Assembly: GCA_950097015.1 (NCBI GenBank)
Contig: CATNEN010000037.1
Location: forward strand, 3,844,001 to 3,908,000
Length of the DNA: 64,000 nucleotides
Source of the DNA: Macrostomum hystrix
Taxonomy: Eukaryota > Animalia > Platyhelminthes
Reading direction: 5' to 3'
Shown here: piece by piece, positions 10,701 through 22,500 of the stretch
How positions within the stretch are numbered: position 1 is the first letter of the stretch
Layout of the letters: each line of letters opens with the position of its first letter
The notes under the pieces: generated by a model
What the model was told of the DNA's origin: nothing
Databases searched by the model: none
The model's input: the letters and a program-made list of their open reading frames with translations, nothing else
Program-made: the position numbers and the translations under genes

Positions 10701-13700
10701 AAGTATTTTTTATAATGAAACTCGATGATAGCTAGTTCGCTGCAAAAAATTATATATCTATTGAACCATTGAACCTCATTATGTTCCTTCAAATAGCCAC
10801 CTCACTCCTCTATGTACTTAACCAGCCACCTCACTCTTCTATGTACTTTACCAGCCACCTCACTCTTCTATGTACTTTACCAGCCACCTCACTCTTCTAT
10901 GTACTTAGCCAGCCACCTCACTCTTCTATGTACTTAACCAGCCACCTCACTCTTCTATGTACTTAACCAGCCACCTCACTCTTCTATGTACTTAACCAGC
11001 CACCTCACTCTTCTATGTACTTAACCAGCCACCTCACTCTTCTATGTACTTAACCAGCCACCTCACTCTTCTATGTACTTAGCCAGCCACCTCACTCTTC
11101 TATGTACTTAACCAGCCACCTCACTCTTCTATGTACTTAACCAGCCACCTCACTCTTCTATGTACTTAACCAGCCACCTTGTTCTCTCTTCCTCAAAACA
11201 GCCATCTCACTCCTCAATGTTTTTAAAACCACCCTCTCCTTGCCACTCAAGAAACTGTTTCACACTCTGTCCATTCAAACAGCCACCCAGTTCTATAAAT
11301 AATTATTCTAAAGTGTTTGCTCTCTTCCCTGCCCAAGCACTCACCTCATTCCCTGTCCCTCTAGACGACCACCTCAATCCGCTTCAATTTCCGTTATTTG
11401 CGTGCCAGAATTCACAAGTGCTATCAACGAGTTAGATTTATTGAGCTGCAAAAGACAACGTATAAAAATAAATTTTCAAAATAAATAATTTTCTTTTATT
11501 CTACTTCTCCCCTTGTCGCCTGTCCGTTCTCCCCAATTTAGCCGCTAAGAATCGCCCACAGAGTAAGTTGTTCGATCGGCAGTTTGTTAAAACCGCGCGA
11601 ACTTCAAATCTCGCGCAAACTAAACAGGCCGAAACGAGCACAATGCCCATCGAGCCCCAGAAAACTTTTTCGGTGTGTCTTTAGATGAAATTTAATTTTG
11701 TTTAATCGCGCCTCAACCTTGTCGGTTTCCGTCTCTGTTTTGGTTTCAAATAGCAGTCTTCTGCACAGCCCCAGAAATTGCAGGCACTCTCCATGACTGT
11801 CAGTTAGTTTTTATTTAAACAAACGAAAAAATAGATTTGTTTTATCAGCGGGGCCGCATCCTAAACGCATAACAAGTGGACGCTATTTCATACATACATG
11901 TAGTTTAACATTTTCCATGCTAATTCATGCCTTTAGCGGTAGGGCAGGCAACTGTACCCTGACACTGTACAAGTTAAAAATGAAACACACCGTTGCTATG
12001 CGCATGGGATGCGGCTAAAACATTATCCCAAACACTGCTTTGTCAGCAACTTACTCTTATAGGCAAATCTATTTAATATCTATTATAGGATTCCTTCACA
12101 TATTTTAATGTATAATGCACTTGTATATAGCCATGGGCTTCAGGTGTCTCCTGTCTAACAGGTGGTTCTCCTGTCTAACAGGTGCTCTCCTGTCTAACAG
12201 GTGGGTCTCCTGTCTAACAGGTGGTTCTTCTGTCTAACAGGTGGGTCTCCTGTCTAACAGGTGGATCTCCTGTCTAACAGGTGGGTCTCCTGTCTAACAG
12301 GTGGTTCTTCTGTCTAACAGGTGGGTCTCCTGTCTAACAGGTGGGTCTCCTGTCTAACAGGTGGGTCTCCTGTCTAACAGGTGCTCTCCTGTCTAACAGG
12401 TGGGTCTCCTGTCTAACAGGTGGTTCTCCTGTCTAACAGGTGGGTCTCCTGTCTAACAGGTGGGTCTCCTGTCTAACAGGTGCTCTCCTGTCTAACAGGT
12501 GGGTCTCCTGTCTAACAGGTGGGTCTCCTGTCTAACAGGTGCTCTCCTGTCTAACAGGTGGGTCTCCTGTCTAACAGGTGGGTCTCCTGTCTAACAGGTG
12601 GGTCTCCTGTCTAACAGGTGGGTCTCCTGTCTAACAGGTGGTTCTTCTGTCTAACAGGTGGGTCTCCTGTCTAACAGGTGGGTCTCCTGTCTAACAGGTG
12701 GGTCTCCTGTCTAACAGGTGGGTCTCCTGTCTAACAGGTGGGTCTCCTGTCTAACAGGTGGTTCTTCTATCTAACAGGTGGGTCTCCTGTCTAACAGGTG
12801 GGTCTCCTGTCTAACAGGTGGGTCTCCTATCTAACAGGTAGGTCTCCTGCCTAACAGGTGGGTCTCCTATCTAACAGGTGGTCTTCCGTCTCACATGGAT
12901 CTCCTGTCTCTTAACTGCGACTTTACGTTTTCTGTGACTTCTTGTGCGTGAACCCAATCTTCAGTGCCATCAAGTTAGTATTTTGATATAAGTAATCTTT
13001 TATTGAATATCGCGTCTTTTTAGATGAATCCAATAATTCATAAAATACTTCTCTCGAAACATGCGTGTACTTTTTACAATGCGACCTAAATAACCTATTA
13101 GTGGATTGCTAGCCTAGCCAATTAGTCTGCTGCACTGAATTTCTGCTTCCTGCTCAGCCTCTGTTGTAAGCCGCTAGCTTCGTGCCGTATTTATTTTGTT
13201 TAATTTATTTTAACAACTACCTCACTTCCTAACAAACGTCTACCTCACTCCCTAACCTACACCCCCTCACTCCCTAACTAACACCTACCTCACTCCCTTA
13301 CTTACACCCACCCCTTAAGGGTGGGTTAATCCTCAATGCATACAAACTTAAATAAAATAGTGATTATAACGAAAAAGTGGGTTCAACGAGTGCATGATGT
13401 TGGCTGTCAGTGAGGGCGTGAGGTGGTTGATTGTCAGGACTGAAGTGGCTTTTAGTTTGGGAGTGAGGTGGGCGTTAGCTAGGCAGTGAGGTGGGTGTTA
13501 CTCGTAGTTAGGGAGCGGGGTGGGTGTAAGTAAGGGAGTGAGGTAGGTGTTAGTTAGGGAGTGAGGGGGTGTAAGTTAGGGAGTGAGGTAGGCGTTTGTT
13601 AGGAAGTGAGGTAGTTGTTAGTTTGGGAGTGAGGTGCGCGTAAGTTAGGGAGTTGGGTGGGTGCAAGTTAGGGATTGGGGTGCGTGTTAGTCAGGGAGTG

Positions 13701-16700
13701 AGGTGGGTGTTAGTCAGGGAGTGGGGTGGGTGTAAGTCAGGGAATGAGGCGGGTTTAAATTAGGCAGTGAGGTGGGTTTCAAGCGGCGAGGGATGAATGT
13801 GAGGTAGATCGCATCGATTACCAGCAAAACAGAGTGTAAAAGAGATGTTACCACTCAATTTTTTCGTATTCTTTTACAATTTACAACAATGAGATCGATG
13901 AATTATACAATTAGCCCTGAAGCATTCGATTCAACAATAAATATTTAGTCTTTATCTTCGCACTTTTTTTCTCTTTTCTTCTCAGCTGGTAAAACTGGTC
14001 CACTGCCCACTCCTTTCACCATCTCCGCCGCCCTCAGGTGTACGTGTTCGTGTCCATGTTTCTAGTGGTGGTTAGCATCGTTTGCTTTGTGGCGGAAACC
14101 TACGAAGGCTTTCGAGTGCCAATCGGAAACGCCAGCAAGGTGGCCGCGCCCAGTTGCGCAACACCGTGCGGTGTGTACGTGGATCCCCAGTACCTGCCGG
14201 GCACCCTTGAACTACAACTACGACGACACTGAACCGCACCCGTCGCTGGTTAGCATCGACTATGCACTCTACGCTTTCTTTGTCGCCGAGTTCGTTGTCC
14301 GCATATTCTTTGCGCCCAGCTTTCGGGCCTACTTCACCGACTTCCTCAACTGGATCGACATCATCTGCGTGCTCACCCACACCATCTCGGTGGTGATCAA
14401 CTCCATTGAAACACTGGACTATTCCTCGCCTCTGGTTAAGACTGCACTGAACCTGAGGCTGCTGCGCGGCCTGAGAATTGTGCGAATCCTGCGCATCTTC
14501 AAACTGGTTAAGCACTACAACGCCTTCAAGATTCTTGTCTACACCATCAAGATTTCCCTGCGCGAGCTCATGCTCATGATTGTGTTCCTATTCGTTGGCG
14601 CTGTCATATTCGGCTCCATCATTCATCTGGTTGAGCGTGACAGCTTCAAGAATATTCCACTGGGCCTCTGGTGGGCTCTGGTTACTATGACTACGGTGAG
14701 TGAGCTGCGGGTTCAGGTCCCACAGAGAGGGTTGAGGAGGCCATTGAGGTATCACAGTACCTAGCATTGCCTTTGGGGGGGATGAGTGGCAGAGCGGTCT
14801 TACGCGTTTGCCTCTAGCACCAAGGTATCTGAGCTCGATTCCGCAGCGAGGCCACATTTAGTTGGGGCGCAGCCGCGGAGAGAAGGCTTGGGATTCCAAG
14901 GCGCCAACCTTGAGGGCCTAGCCTGAAAAATGGGCAGAATTGTCTCCTCGGTGGCTGCGGGTCTAGTGTCACCAAAATGATGTGCCATTGCCCGCAGACC
15001 TCCTGCAATTATTATAACATATTATTAGCACTGCATTTCCCCACTAACCAAATAATCCCAAACAGGTTGGCTATGGGGATTTCGTGCCTCGCCAAGCGGC
15101 AGGCTACGCCATCGGCTGCGTCTGCGTAATCTTCGGCGTCCTGACCATCGCCTTCACAGTGCCTATTGTGGTGAACAACTTCGCCATGTACTACTCGCAC
15201 GCCCAATCCAGGAACAAGAAGCCCCGAGAGTATTGGCGCATTAAACGGGTGCCGCAGAAAGATCTGCAGAAGTCGACTGGCATTATGGCGGCGCTGAGCA
15301 AGTTCAAAAAGTCGCCGGGCGATGCCTCGGTACCGGACAGCGCCGACCTGTACGGAGGCGACTCCGCTGCCGCCGGCAAGACGGTGTCAGTGAACAATGT
15401 GGCAATGTCGGTGATGTGGAACAATTTAAATCTGAATGAGGCCAAGAAGTCTGCCTACCAGACGGACAAGGTCACACTAATGACGCCGCGAGGGGGCGAC
15501 CCGACGGCCGCCACGACGGCTGGCGAAGACGCTCTGGCGAATACCGGTTCGGTGTTCGCGGCGCCAACCGGGCCGAGGTTCTTTGCCAGGCGGGCGCCGA
15601 TGACGCCGGTGCAGGAGGTGGTCGACCTCGACCTCGAGGAGGCGCGCGTCAGCGAGGAGGTGAGCGCTTCTCGAGCTTCCAGTACTTGAAGTCACGTTGA
15701 CGTGACTGAACACCAGAAACATTCAGTAGCCCAGCACAAATTACTGCCCTGCCCATTAAAGTCGACTAACTTATTATCAGAGATATCACAGGTTATCGCA
15801 TGATTCCCTCACCTGTTATAACAGGTATCACACGTTATCGCATGATTCCCTCACCTGTTATCACATGTTAATAAATATTCACTCAATTTTCCGCGAATTC
15901 AAAACGGGTTACACCTTCCCCAATTCGGCCAGAGCCGCAGCTATTGCGCGGCGCATCTGAAGGCTGCTTGCAGATGTTCAGTCCATGGACTGGGAGGCGT
16001 AGGTGCCACATCTACCCCTCATCTACCCCAGCTAATGCTGCAGCACCCATTTAACAGCTGGGTGAACTGAAGCAACGCAGAGTTAAGTGTCTTGCTAAAG
16101 GACTCAAATTGTTTCAGTGGAGTCAGGAATCGAACCCCTGACCTACAAGTCGTGAGTCCGACACTCTAACCACTGGGCTACGGACTGTAAAGTAGACTGC
16201 AATTTTGTTATTTCCTACAGAAAAAAAGACAACTGAAATGCTGGAAGAGAAAAATTGCCGATATTTTTAGATTTGGGCGCGACTTGAGCGCCAGTTTCAG
16301 ATATTTGGGGGCTGTTGCGACCGCCACCGCCCTAGCAACCGAGCCGACCAGTATTAAGCAATGCTGATAGAGCCATAAGTTGTATGAGTAAATTATTCAA
16401 TGGCAGGCTGGTTAGGCTGTGCATCCATGCCTTCCATTTAACGCAGCCTTTTTTCTGTCTTTACCGACTCTGCCAACGCCACCATAGGCTTACCTCATTT
16501 CTAAGTGGAATTTTTTTTCCTGTTGCTTGTAGCCAAATGCTGCTAAATTAATTTGCCTCTTTTAAGTGGAAGGCTTTTTCCCTATTGATTTTCTCAGAGC
16601 CTTGTTGGCAAGCCCTGAACAGAATTTTTTTAATCAATTTTGCTTGATAGTAAGCTATTCCGATGATGAACAGTATCCGTGAATTTTTTTTATTTTATGG

Positions 16701-18189
16701 ATATATTTATTGAAACCTATTTGGACATTACCTGTTAAGCGCGTGTTTTTGTCCGAATTTAAGTTAATTTGTTTTAATTGATTGTCATGGCATGACCTCA
16801 AGCTCAGAATTTTTGGACAAACTAAAGAGTGGTAAAATACGAATTGATTAAGAACAAGAACTTCTATATTTATATTTCGGTGGATGTTATGGAGTGAGGT
16901 GGTCGTTATGGAGTGGGTTGGATGTAATGTGATGAGGAGGGTGTCATGAGGTATGCTAGGTGTTAAATGTTAATGTGGGTGTCGTGTGGTTGGAGACAGG
17001 TAAACTGTTGTGTGGTGAGGTGCGTGTTATGGAGTGGAGTGCGTGTTATGGAGTGAGGTGGGTGTTATGGAGTGGAGTGCGTGTTTTGGAGTGAGGTGGG
17101 TGTTTTGGAGTGTGGTGGGTGTTATAGAGTGGGGTGGGAGTTATAGAGTGGGTGGGTGTTATAGAGTGGGGTGGGAGTTATAGAGTGGGGTGGGTGTTAT
17201 AGAGTGGGGTGGGTGTTATAGAGTGGTTGGGTGTTATAGAGTGGGTGGGTGTTATAGAGTGGTTGGGTGTTATAGAGTGGGTGGGTGTTATAGAGTGGGT
17301 GGGTGTTTTAGAGTGGGTGGGTGTTATAGAGTGGGTGGGTGTTATAGAGTGGGTGGGTGTTATAGAGTGGGGTGGGTGTAATGGAGTGAGGTGGGTGTTA
17401 TGGAGTGAGGTGGGTGTTTTGGAGTGGGGAGGGTGTTATGGAGTGGAGTGCGTGTTTTGGAGTGAGGTGGGTGTTATAGAGTGGGTGGGTGTTATAGAGT
17501 GGGTGGGTGTTATAGAGTGGGTGGGTGTTATAGAGTGGGTGGGTGTTATAGAGTGGGTGGGTGTAGAGTGGGTGGGTGTTATAGAGTGGGTGGGTGTTAT
17601 AGAGTGGGGTGGGTGTTATAGAGTGGGTGGGTGTTATAGAGTGGGGTGGGTGTTATAGAGTGGGGTGGGTGTTATAGAGTGGGGTGGGTGTTATAGAGTG
17701 GGGTGGGTGTTATAGAGTGGGGTGGGTGTTATAGCGTGGGTGGGTGTTATAGAGTGGGGTGGGTGTTATAGCGTGGGTGGGTGTTATAGAGTGGGGTGGG
17801 TGTTATAGCGTGGGTGTGTGTTATAGAGTGGGGTGGGTGTAATGGAGTGAGTAAGTATGTCAGTGGTCGTTGCTTTGAAAACTCGTTTTTTGAAAAGCTT
17901 TGAAACATCGTTGCTCAACCCTTCCCCGGGGCAGATCGAGGAGCGCAGCCGGCAGCTGCTAGCTCAGGCCCAGGAGAACGACCAGCAGGTGTCGGCGGCC
18001 AAGGAGCGCCAGGCGGACGCCTTGGAGAAGCGCAAAGCGGCGCTGAAAAGCCGCCTGACCAGCGCCAAGCAGCCGGCGCAGTCGCAGCAGGCCGGCGGGC
18101 CGGACAGCTCGAGCTCGGAGGCCAGGAAGGCGCCGCCTCACTCGGCGAAGAAATCAGGCGCCTCTTCGCGACCCGGTTCAAAGAAGTGA
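7771..18189 (+). CDS. Shaw: Voltage-gated K+ channel, Shaw/Kv3-like; exons 7771-8043, 9409-9636, 14038-14695, 15066-15659 (or to stop 15689), probable 17935-18189
   Basis: T1/BTB domain (RVVINISGTRFET, EFYFERHP, EACCW), S4 LRLLRGLRIVRILRIFKL, pore WWALVTMTT|VGYGD, S6 IAFTVPIVVNNF. All junctions are GT-AG and phase 0. There is a +1 frameshift near 14204-14206. Subfamily call is from motif recall. Confidence 0.9.
8089..8262 (+). repeat. 26-bp minisatellite TCTAGCGGGATATTGTCCGGGTGGGA in Kv intron 1
   Basis: About 6.5 units starting ~45 nt after the splice donor. Confidence 0.9.
8915..9235 (+). repeat. C-rich ~77-bp tandem repeat with CCACCTCACTCC core
   Basis: About 4 imperfect units. Confidence 0.75.
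9764..10030 (+). mobile_element. tRNA-derived CORE-type SINE (family 1), forward copy
   Basis: tRNA-like head with B box GGTTCGATTCC. The central segment GTCCTTCAGCAAAACACTTAAATC...GCTTCAGT resembles the CORE/MIR domain. The 3' part CAGTCCATGGACTGAAC...AATAGCTGCGGCTG is shared with other copies. Confidence 0.75.
10790..11180 (+). repeat. 29-bp minisatellite AACCAGCCACCTCACTCTTCTATGTACTT
   Basis: About 13 near-identical units. Confidence 0.95.
12144..12910 (-). repeat. Minisatellite of the same family as 6198-6792, inverted, mostly 20-bp unit
   Basis: CTCCTGTCTAACAGGTGGGT units are the reverse complement of the upstream array. Confidence 0.95.
13211..13620. repeat. ~103-bp near-perfect inverted repeat (arms 13211-13313 and 13517-13620)
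   Basis: The reverse complement of the right arm matches the left arm with about 2 differences. The right arm sits in a degenerate GTTAGGGAGTGAGG array (13440-13780). Confidence 0.9.
14775..15017 (+). mobile_element. tRNA-derived SINE (family 2) in the Kv pore intron
   Basis: A box TGGCAGAGCGG, B-box-like GCTCGATTCC and an ATT-rich tail. A homologous copy lies at 30420-30785. Confidence 0.75.
15918..16187 (-). mobile_element. CORE-type SINE family 1, reverse copy
   Basis: The reverse complement gives A box TAGCCCAGTGG, B box GGTTCGATTCC, the CORE-like GCAAGACACTTAACTC...CAGCTGTTAAATGGG and the same 3' end as 9764-10030. Confidence 0.8.
16990..17850 (+). repeat. G-rich 18/19-bp minisatellite GGGTGTTATAGAGTGGGT
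   Basis: About 45 units. Source of the spurious VGVIEW and GGCYRV ORFs. Confidence 0.95.
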
Positions 18190-18294
18190 CCGTCGCCTGG
18201 GTTGACATTTTTTCTAAATTCATCTTCATTTCATTGGTAAGCGTTGCTTGGTGCGTTAGGATTTATGATTCTATTTTGTGAAATAATACCTAGC

Positions 18295-18400
18295 CGAGTT
18301 GGGCCCAGTGCACAGCCGCAGCTATTGTCCAAAGGCTGTTCAGTCCGTGGACTGGGCAGACGCCCACCCGAATTTCTGCCCCAGCCAGTTCTCGAACCCA
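18295..18400 (-). mobile_element. Short SINE family 1 3' fragment
   Basis: Shares CAGCCGCAGCTATT and TTCAGTCC(A/G)TGGACTGGG with the longer copies. Confidence 0.55.
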
Positions 18401-19546
18401 TGTATTGCCCGAGGATAAAATTTTTTGTCCTAATTTACGGCAACAAAAATTTTACTTTGCTGTGGCTTTTGTGGGAGATAATCCTAGTTGTTGATGTTAA
18501 TCTCATAAGATTATCCACAATTTATCGGTTTCTCAAGACAATCTATTTTTTCCATATTTTCAAAAAAATGCTCAATAAACCCGATATTTTTGTTGCAGAC
18601 CGATCGCCAATAAACTCTGCTGAACAAACTCTGACTTAAACAATGGTTCTGAACTTTGATCATCCGAAATGGATTATTTGTCACAATAAACCATGTACAT
18701 GTACCTTTCTGTGATTTTATCTGCCGCTACAGATACTCTCTATGCTGATAGATTTTCGTTTAAAAATGTCAAATTTAGCTTAATGTATTAGACTGCTTGT
18801 AATTAGTGATGGAAGTATCACATGGTTAGATATTTCACCAAATTTATTAGATGTCTCTAAAAGTGCGAAATTCTAAACAACTATATTGTTTGGATTTTTA
18901 CTGTCAGTAGTTTGGACGCGTTTATTGTCAGTTTCTTGTTATTTTCTGGAAAAGAAACTATTTTGATGAAAAATAAACGAAAAAAACTTTTTTGTTAATA
19001 GTCAGCTCGCCAATTAAAGGCTAGTCTGTGCGGCCTGTCTGTAACCATGGAGACAGCTAAAAGAAAGAATGTGTGAATCATTTATTATGCATAGGCCGCA
19101 TGCTGCGGGCAGTCGGTGAACTGAATTGCCATGTCTCGTGGCTCTGCAACTATTATACAATAGTGGAGAAGTTTGCAACTTGATTGTTTAGCACAACTGT
19201 TTCGACAAAGTTATAATTTTAGGAGCATTTTTAATAGCTATCTAAATGACAAATATTACTATTTATTACTAATCCACATGTACTAAAAAGTTACAGAGAA
19301 AATCGTACATTCACATAATAAATGCTAAATAAGGCAGGCGCTATCTCGAGGACTTTTTAAATAGGGGTGCACCTCATTGGTTGAGGCCAAGTCACGTGCT
19401 TTGGTAGAGGGCGGTTAGCAGAGGGGTTTCACCAAGGACGTTTCTAAAAATAGCAGCATCTTAAAAACCTCATTAGCCAATCAAATTTCGACCGCCAATT
19501 TACACCGAAGTGCACCTATTTAATTCCTCATTGCACTGTCTATGGC

Positions 19547-22500
19547 TCAAACAAGCGTCTGCTTGATGCATTCAATCTGCTTATTGTTGACTACGGGCTC
19601 CGAGCTCTGCCCTAAGTAGCACTGCTTGCCGCTGCTGGTGGAGTTTCGCCTGGGAGTCACCTGGTGATAGATCGGCTGCCTGTCCATGCTGTCAGCTGTG
19701 CCAATCACCTCTGCGTCTGGCCGGAAAGTCACCCGACGCTTTGCCGTCGTCGGTGCCGCCGACGCTGCTGAAGAGGCCACAGCGCTGTCGAACGAAGACC
19801 GACGCGGTCGCTCGACTGTTTTGGTCGTCAGCTGCTGCGACGGCTGCTGCGAAATTTCCAGCGCCGGAGGGCCTCTGCTACCGTTGACACTGAGCTCGTC
19901 CAGCTGAGGAGATCGGGTGAGGCAGAGATAGGATGCACAGGGAAATCTATGTACTTTTCTAGACTTTTCTACGTAAATTTTCTATTCCTCTTCTTCAGTC
20001 TTTATTTCCCATTTCCCGATTTTCTATCCCCATTTCCCAATCCTCTATTCCCGTTTCCCAATCCTCTATTCCCATTTCCCAATCCTCTATTTCCGTTTCC
20101 TCATTTTCTATCCCCATTTCCTGATCATCTATTCCAATTTCACAATCTTCCTTTCCCATTTTCCAATCTTATATTCCCATTTCGTAATATTCAGCTCCCC
20201 GATTTTCTTTTTAGTTTACCTAATCTGTTCTCCATGCTTTTCTCTATTTTCTCAATACTCCTTTTCTATTTCTATTATACTCTCGTCATTTATAAGTGGT
20301 GAAAATCTCCTTCATTTCCCCAGTCCTCCACCTCACATTTTCTCCTTCAGTTTTATCCCAACAACCTCCTTCATCGCCCGGTTGCCAGTGTGATGTCGGG
20401 GCAAACAGATTGCAGGTCCTGGTAGCTGGTTTAGCTTTCCGTTGCGCATCGATTTCCTCTTACAGTCTCTATTTGGTTAACATTCCAATGCTACTGAGCG
20501 GATTAGTACTGCGTAGCACTGCAGCGGCATTTCCGCACTCTCACAACACCGCTGAACAATTGGCAGCGCTTGCCCAAGATACCCGCTGAATCAATCAATG
20601 AAGCGGGAGGCATGGGAACCAGACCCAGTGCGAATTCTGTTTGCTCATAAAACACAGATTGGCTCAAATGGCACATTTTACTTCCTTGCAGCACGAAAAC
20701 TGACGCGCGTGCAGTTCTAATCACAGTAGTGTGCTTAGCTTTTGCAAATTTTAATCGTATTCGCTCGAAGTATAATAATAATTTCAAATTCCAAACATGT
20801 CTACGTCCCCAGTTTCTCACATCCCCACGCTCTCAGATCCCCACTCTCTCAGATCCCACTCTTTCAGATCCCACTCTTTCAGATCCCCACTCTTTCAGAT
20901 CCCACTCTTTCAGATCCCACTCTTTCAGATCCCACTCTTTCAGATCCCACTCTTTCAGATCCCCACTCTTTCAGATCCCCACTCTTTCAGATCCCACTCT
21001 TTCAGATCCCCACTCTTTCAGATCCCCACTCTTTCAGATCCCACTCTTTCAGATCCCCACTCTTTCAGATCCCACTCTTTCAGATCCCACTCTTTCAGAT
21101 CCCACTCTTTCAGATCCCCACTCTTTCAGATCCCCACTCTTTCAGATCCCCACTCTTTCAGATCCCACTCTTTCAGATCCCCACTCTTTCAGATCCCCAC
21201 TCTTTCAGATCCCACTCTTTCAGATCCCCACTCTTTCAGATCCCACTCTTTCAGATCCCACTCTTTCAGATCCCCACTCTTTCAGATCCCACTCTTTCAG
21301 ATCCCACTCTTTCAGATCCCCACTCTTTCAGATCCCACTCTTTCAGATCCCACTCTTTCAGATCCCCACTCTTTCAGATCCCACTCTTTCAGATCCCCAC
21401 TCTTTCAGATCCCACTCTTTCAGATCCCACTCTTTCAGATCCCCACTCTTTCAGATCCCACTCTTTCAGATCCCACTCTTTCAGATCCCCACTCTTTCAG
21501 ATCCCACTCTTTCAGATCCCACTCTTTCAGATCCCACTCTTTCAGATCCCAATCTTTCAGATCCCCACTCTTTCAGATTTCCACTCTTTCAGATTTCCAC
21601 TCTTTCAGATCTCCACTCTTTCAGATCCCACTCTTTCAGATCCCTAGTCTCTCAAATCCCAATCTCTTACATCCCACTCTTTCAGATCCCCACTCTTTCA
21701 GATCCCACTCTTTCAGATCCCTAGTCTCTCAAATCCCAATCTCTTACATCCCACTCTTTCAGATCCCCACTCTCTCTGTTCCCCACTCTTTCAGATCCCA
21801 CTCTCTCATATCCCTCATCAGGCCCTCACCCGCCAGTCCCGCAAGCTGGCCACAGTCTGGTCCAGCCTCAGACTGCTAGGTCTGGCGAGTCTCCAGTTGC
21901 TGGCCGCAGCTGATTGGTCCCTCCAGTTGGTCTCCGGGGGCTCAAGCGCCGGCGGCCGGCTCAGATCGTCCGGCAGGCACAGTCGCGTTGCCGACTGCTC
22001 AATCGACGATTGAGGCCGCGAAGCTGGTTGCCCTGGCAACGGCGACGGCGGTGACAGGCCGCGGCAGTAGCGGCGCATGCTGGGCACGGGTCGCCAGCGG
22101 CCCCAGCTCTCCTTGGCAGCGTACAGGAACGGTATATAGCCGACATTGCCTAGCCTGGTGAGCACGAACAGCCAGCGCTTGTCCACGTGATAGAGAGCCC
22201 GCACCTGCTGGCCGCTGATCACGCTCAGCTCGCTCGGGCCATTGGCCTCGAAGTTGAACAGCACCCGCGCCCGGACGCCGACCGGGCGTTCGCGACGACG
22301 CGAACGGCCCTGGCCACCCGTTGATGATTCTTGGGTGTTGTCCGAGCTGTCCGAGCTGTCCGAGCTGCTGCTGCCAGTCCTGGTGACGACGTCCGCACCG
22401 TTGTGCTTGGCTGCCTGGCCTCTTCGATGGCTGCGCCATGACGGCTGGTTGATTGACGGTGGCGCTCCACCTGCAGATGAGAGAGCCAGTGGCAATTGGG

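Noticed and set aside
6198-12910. CRISPR-like appearance of palindromic repeat arrays
   Set aside because: No unique spacers, no cas genes, eukaryotic context.
20330-20590. Extra exon of the SH3 gene
   Set aside because: An acceptor-like site is present, but all three minus frames hit stop codons.
20729-21879. Three overlapping ORFs of 300-360 aa
   Set aside because: The 15/16-bp units switch frame freely and lie antisense in an intron.
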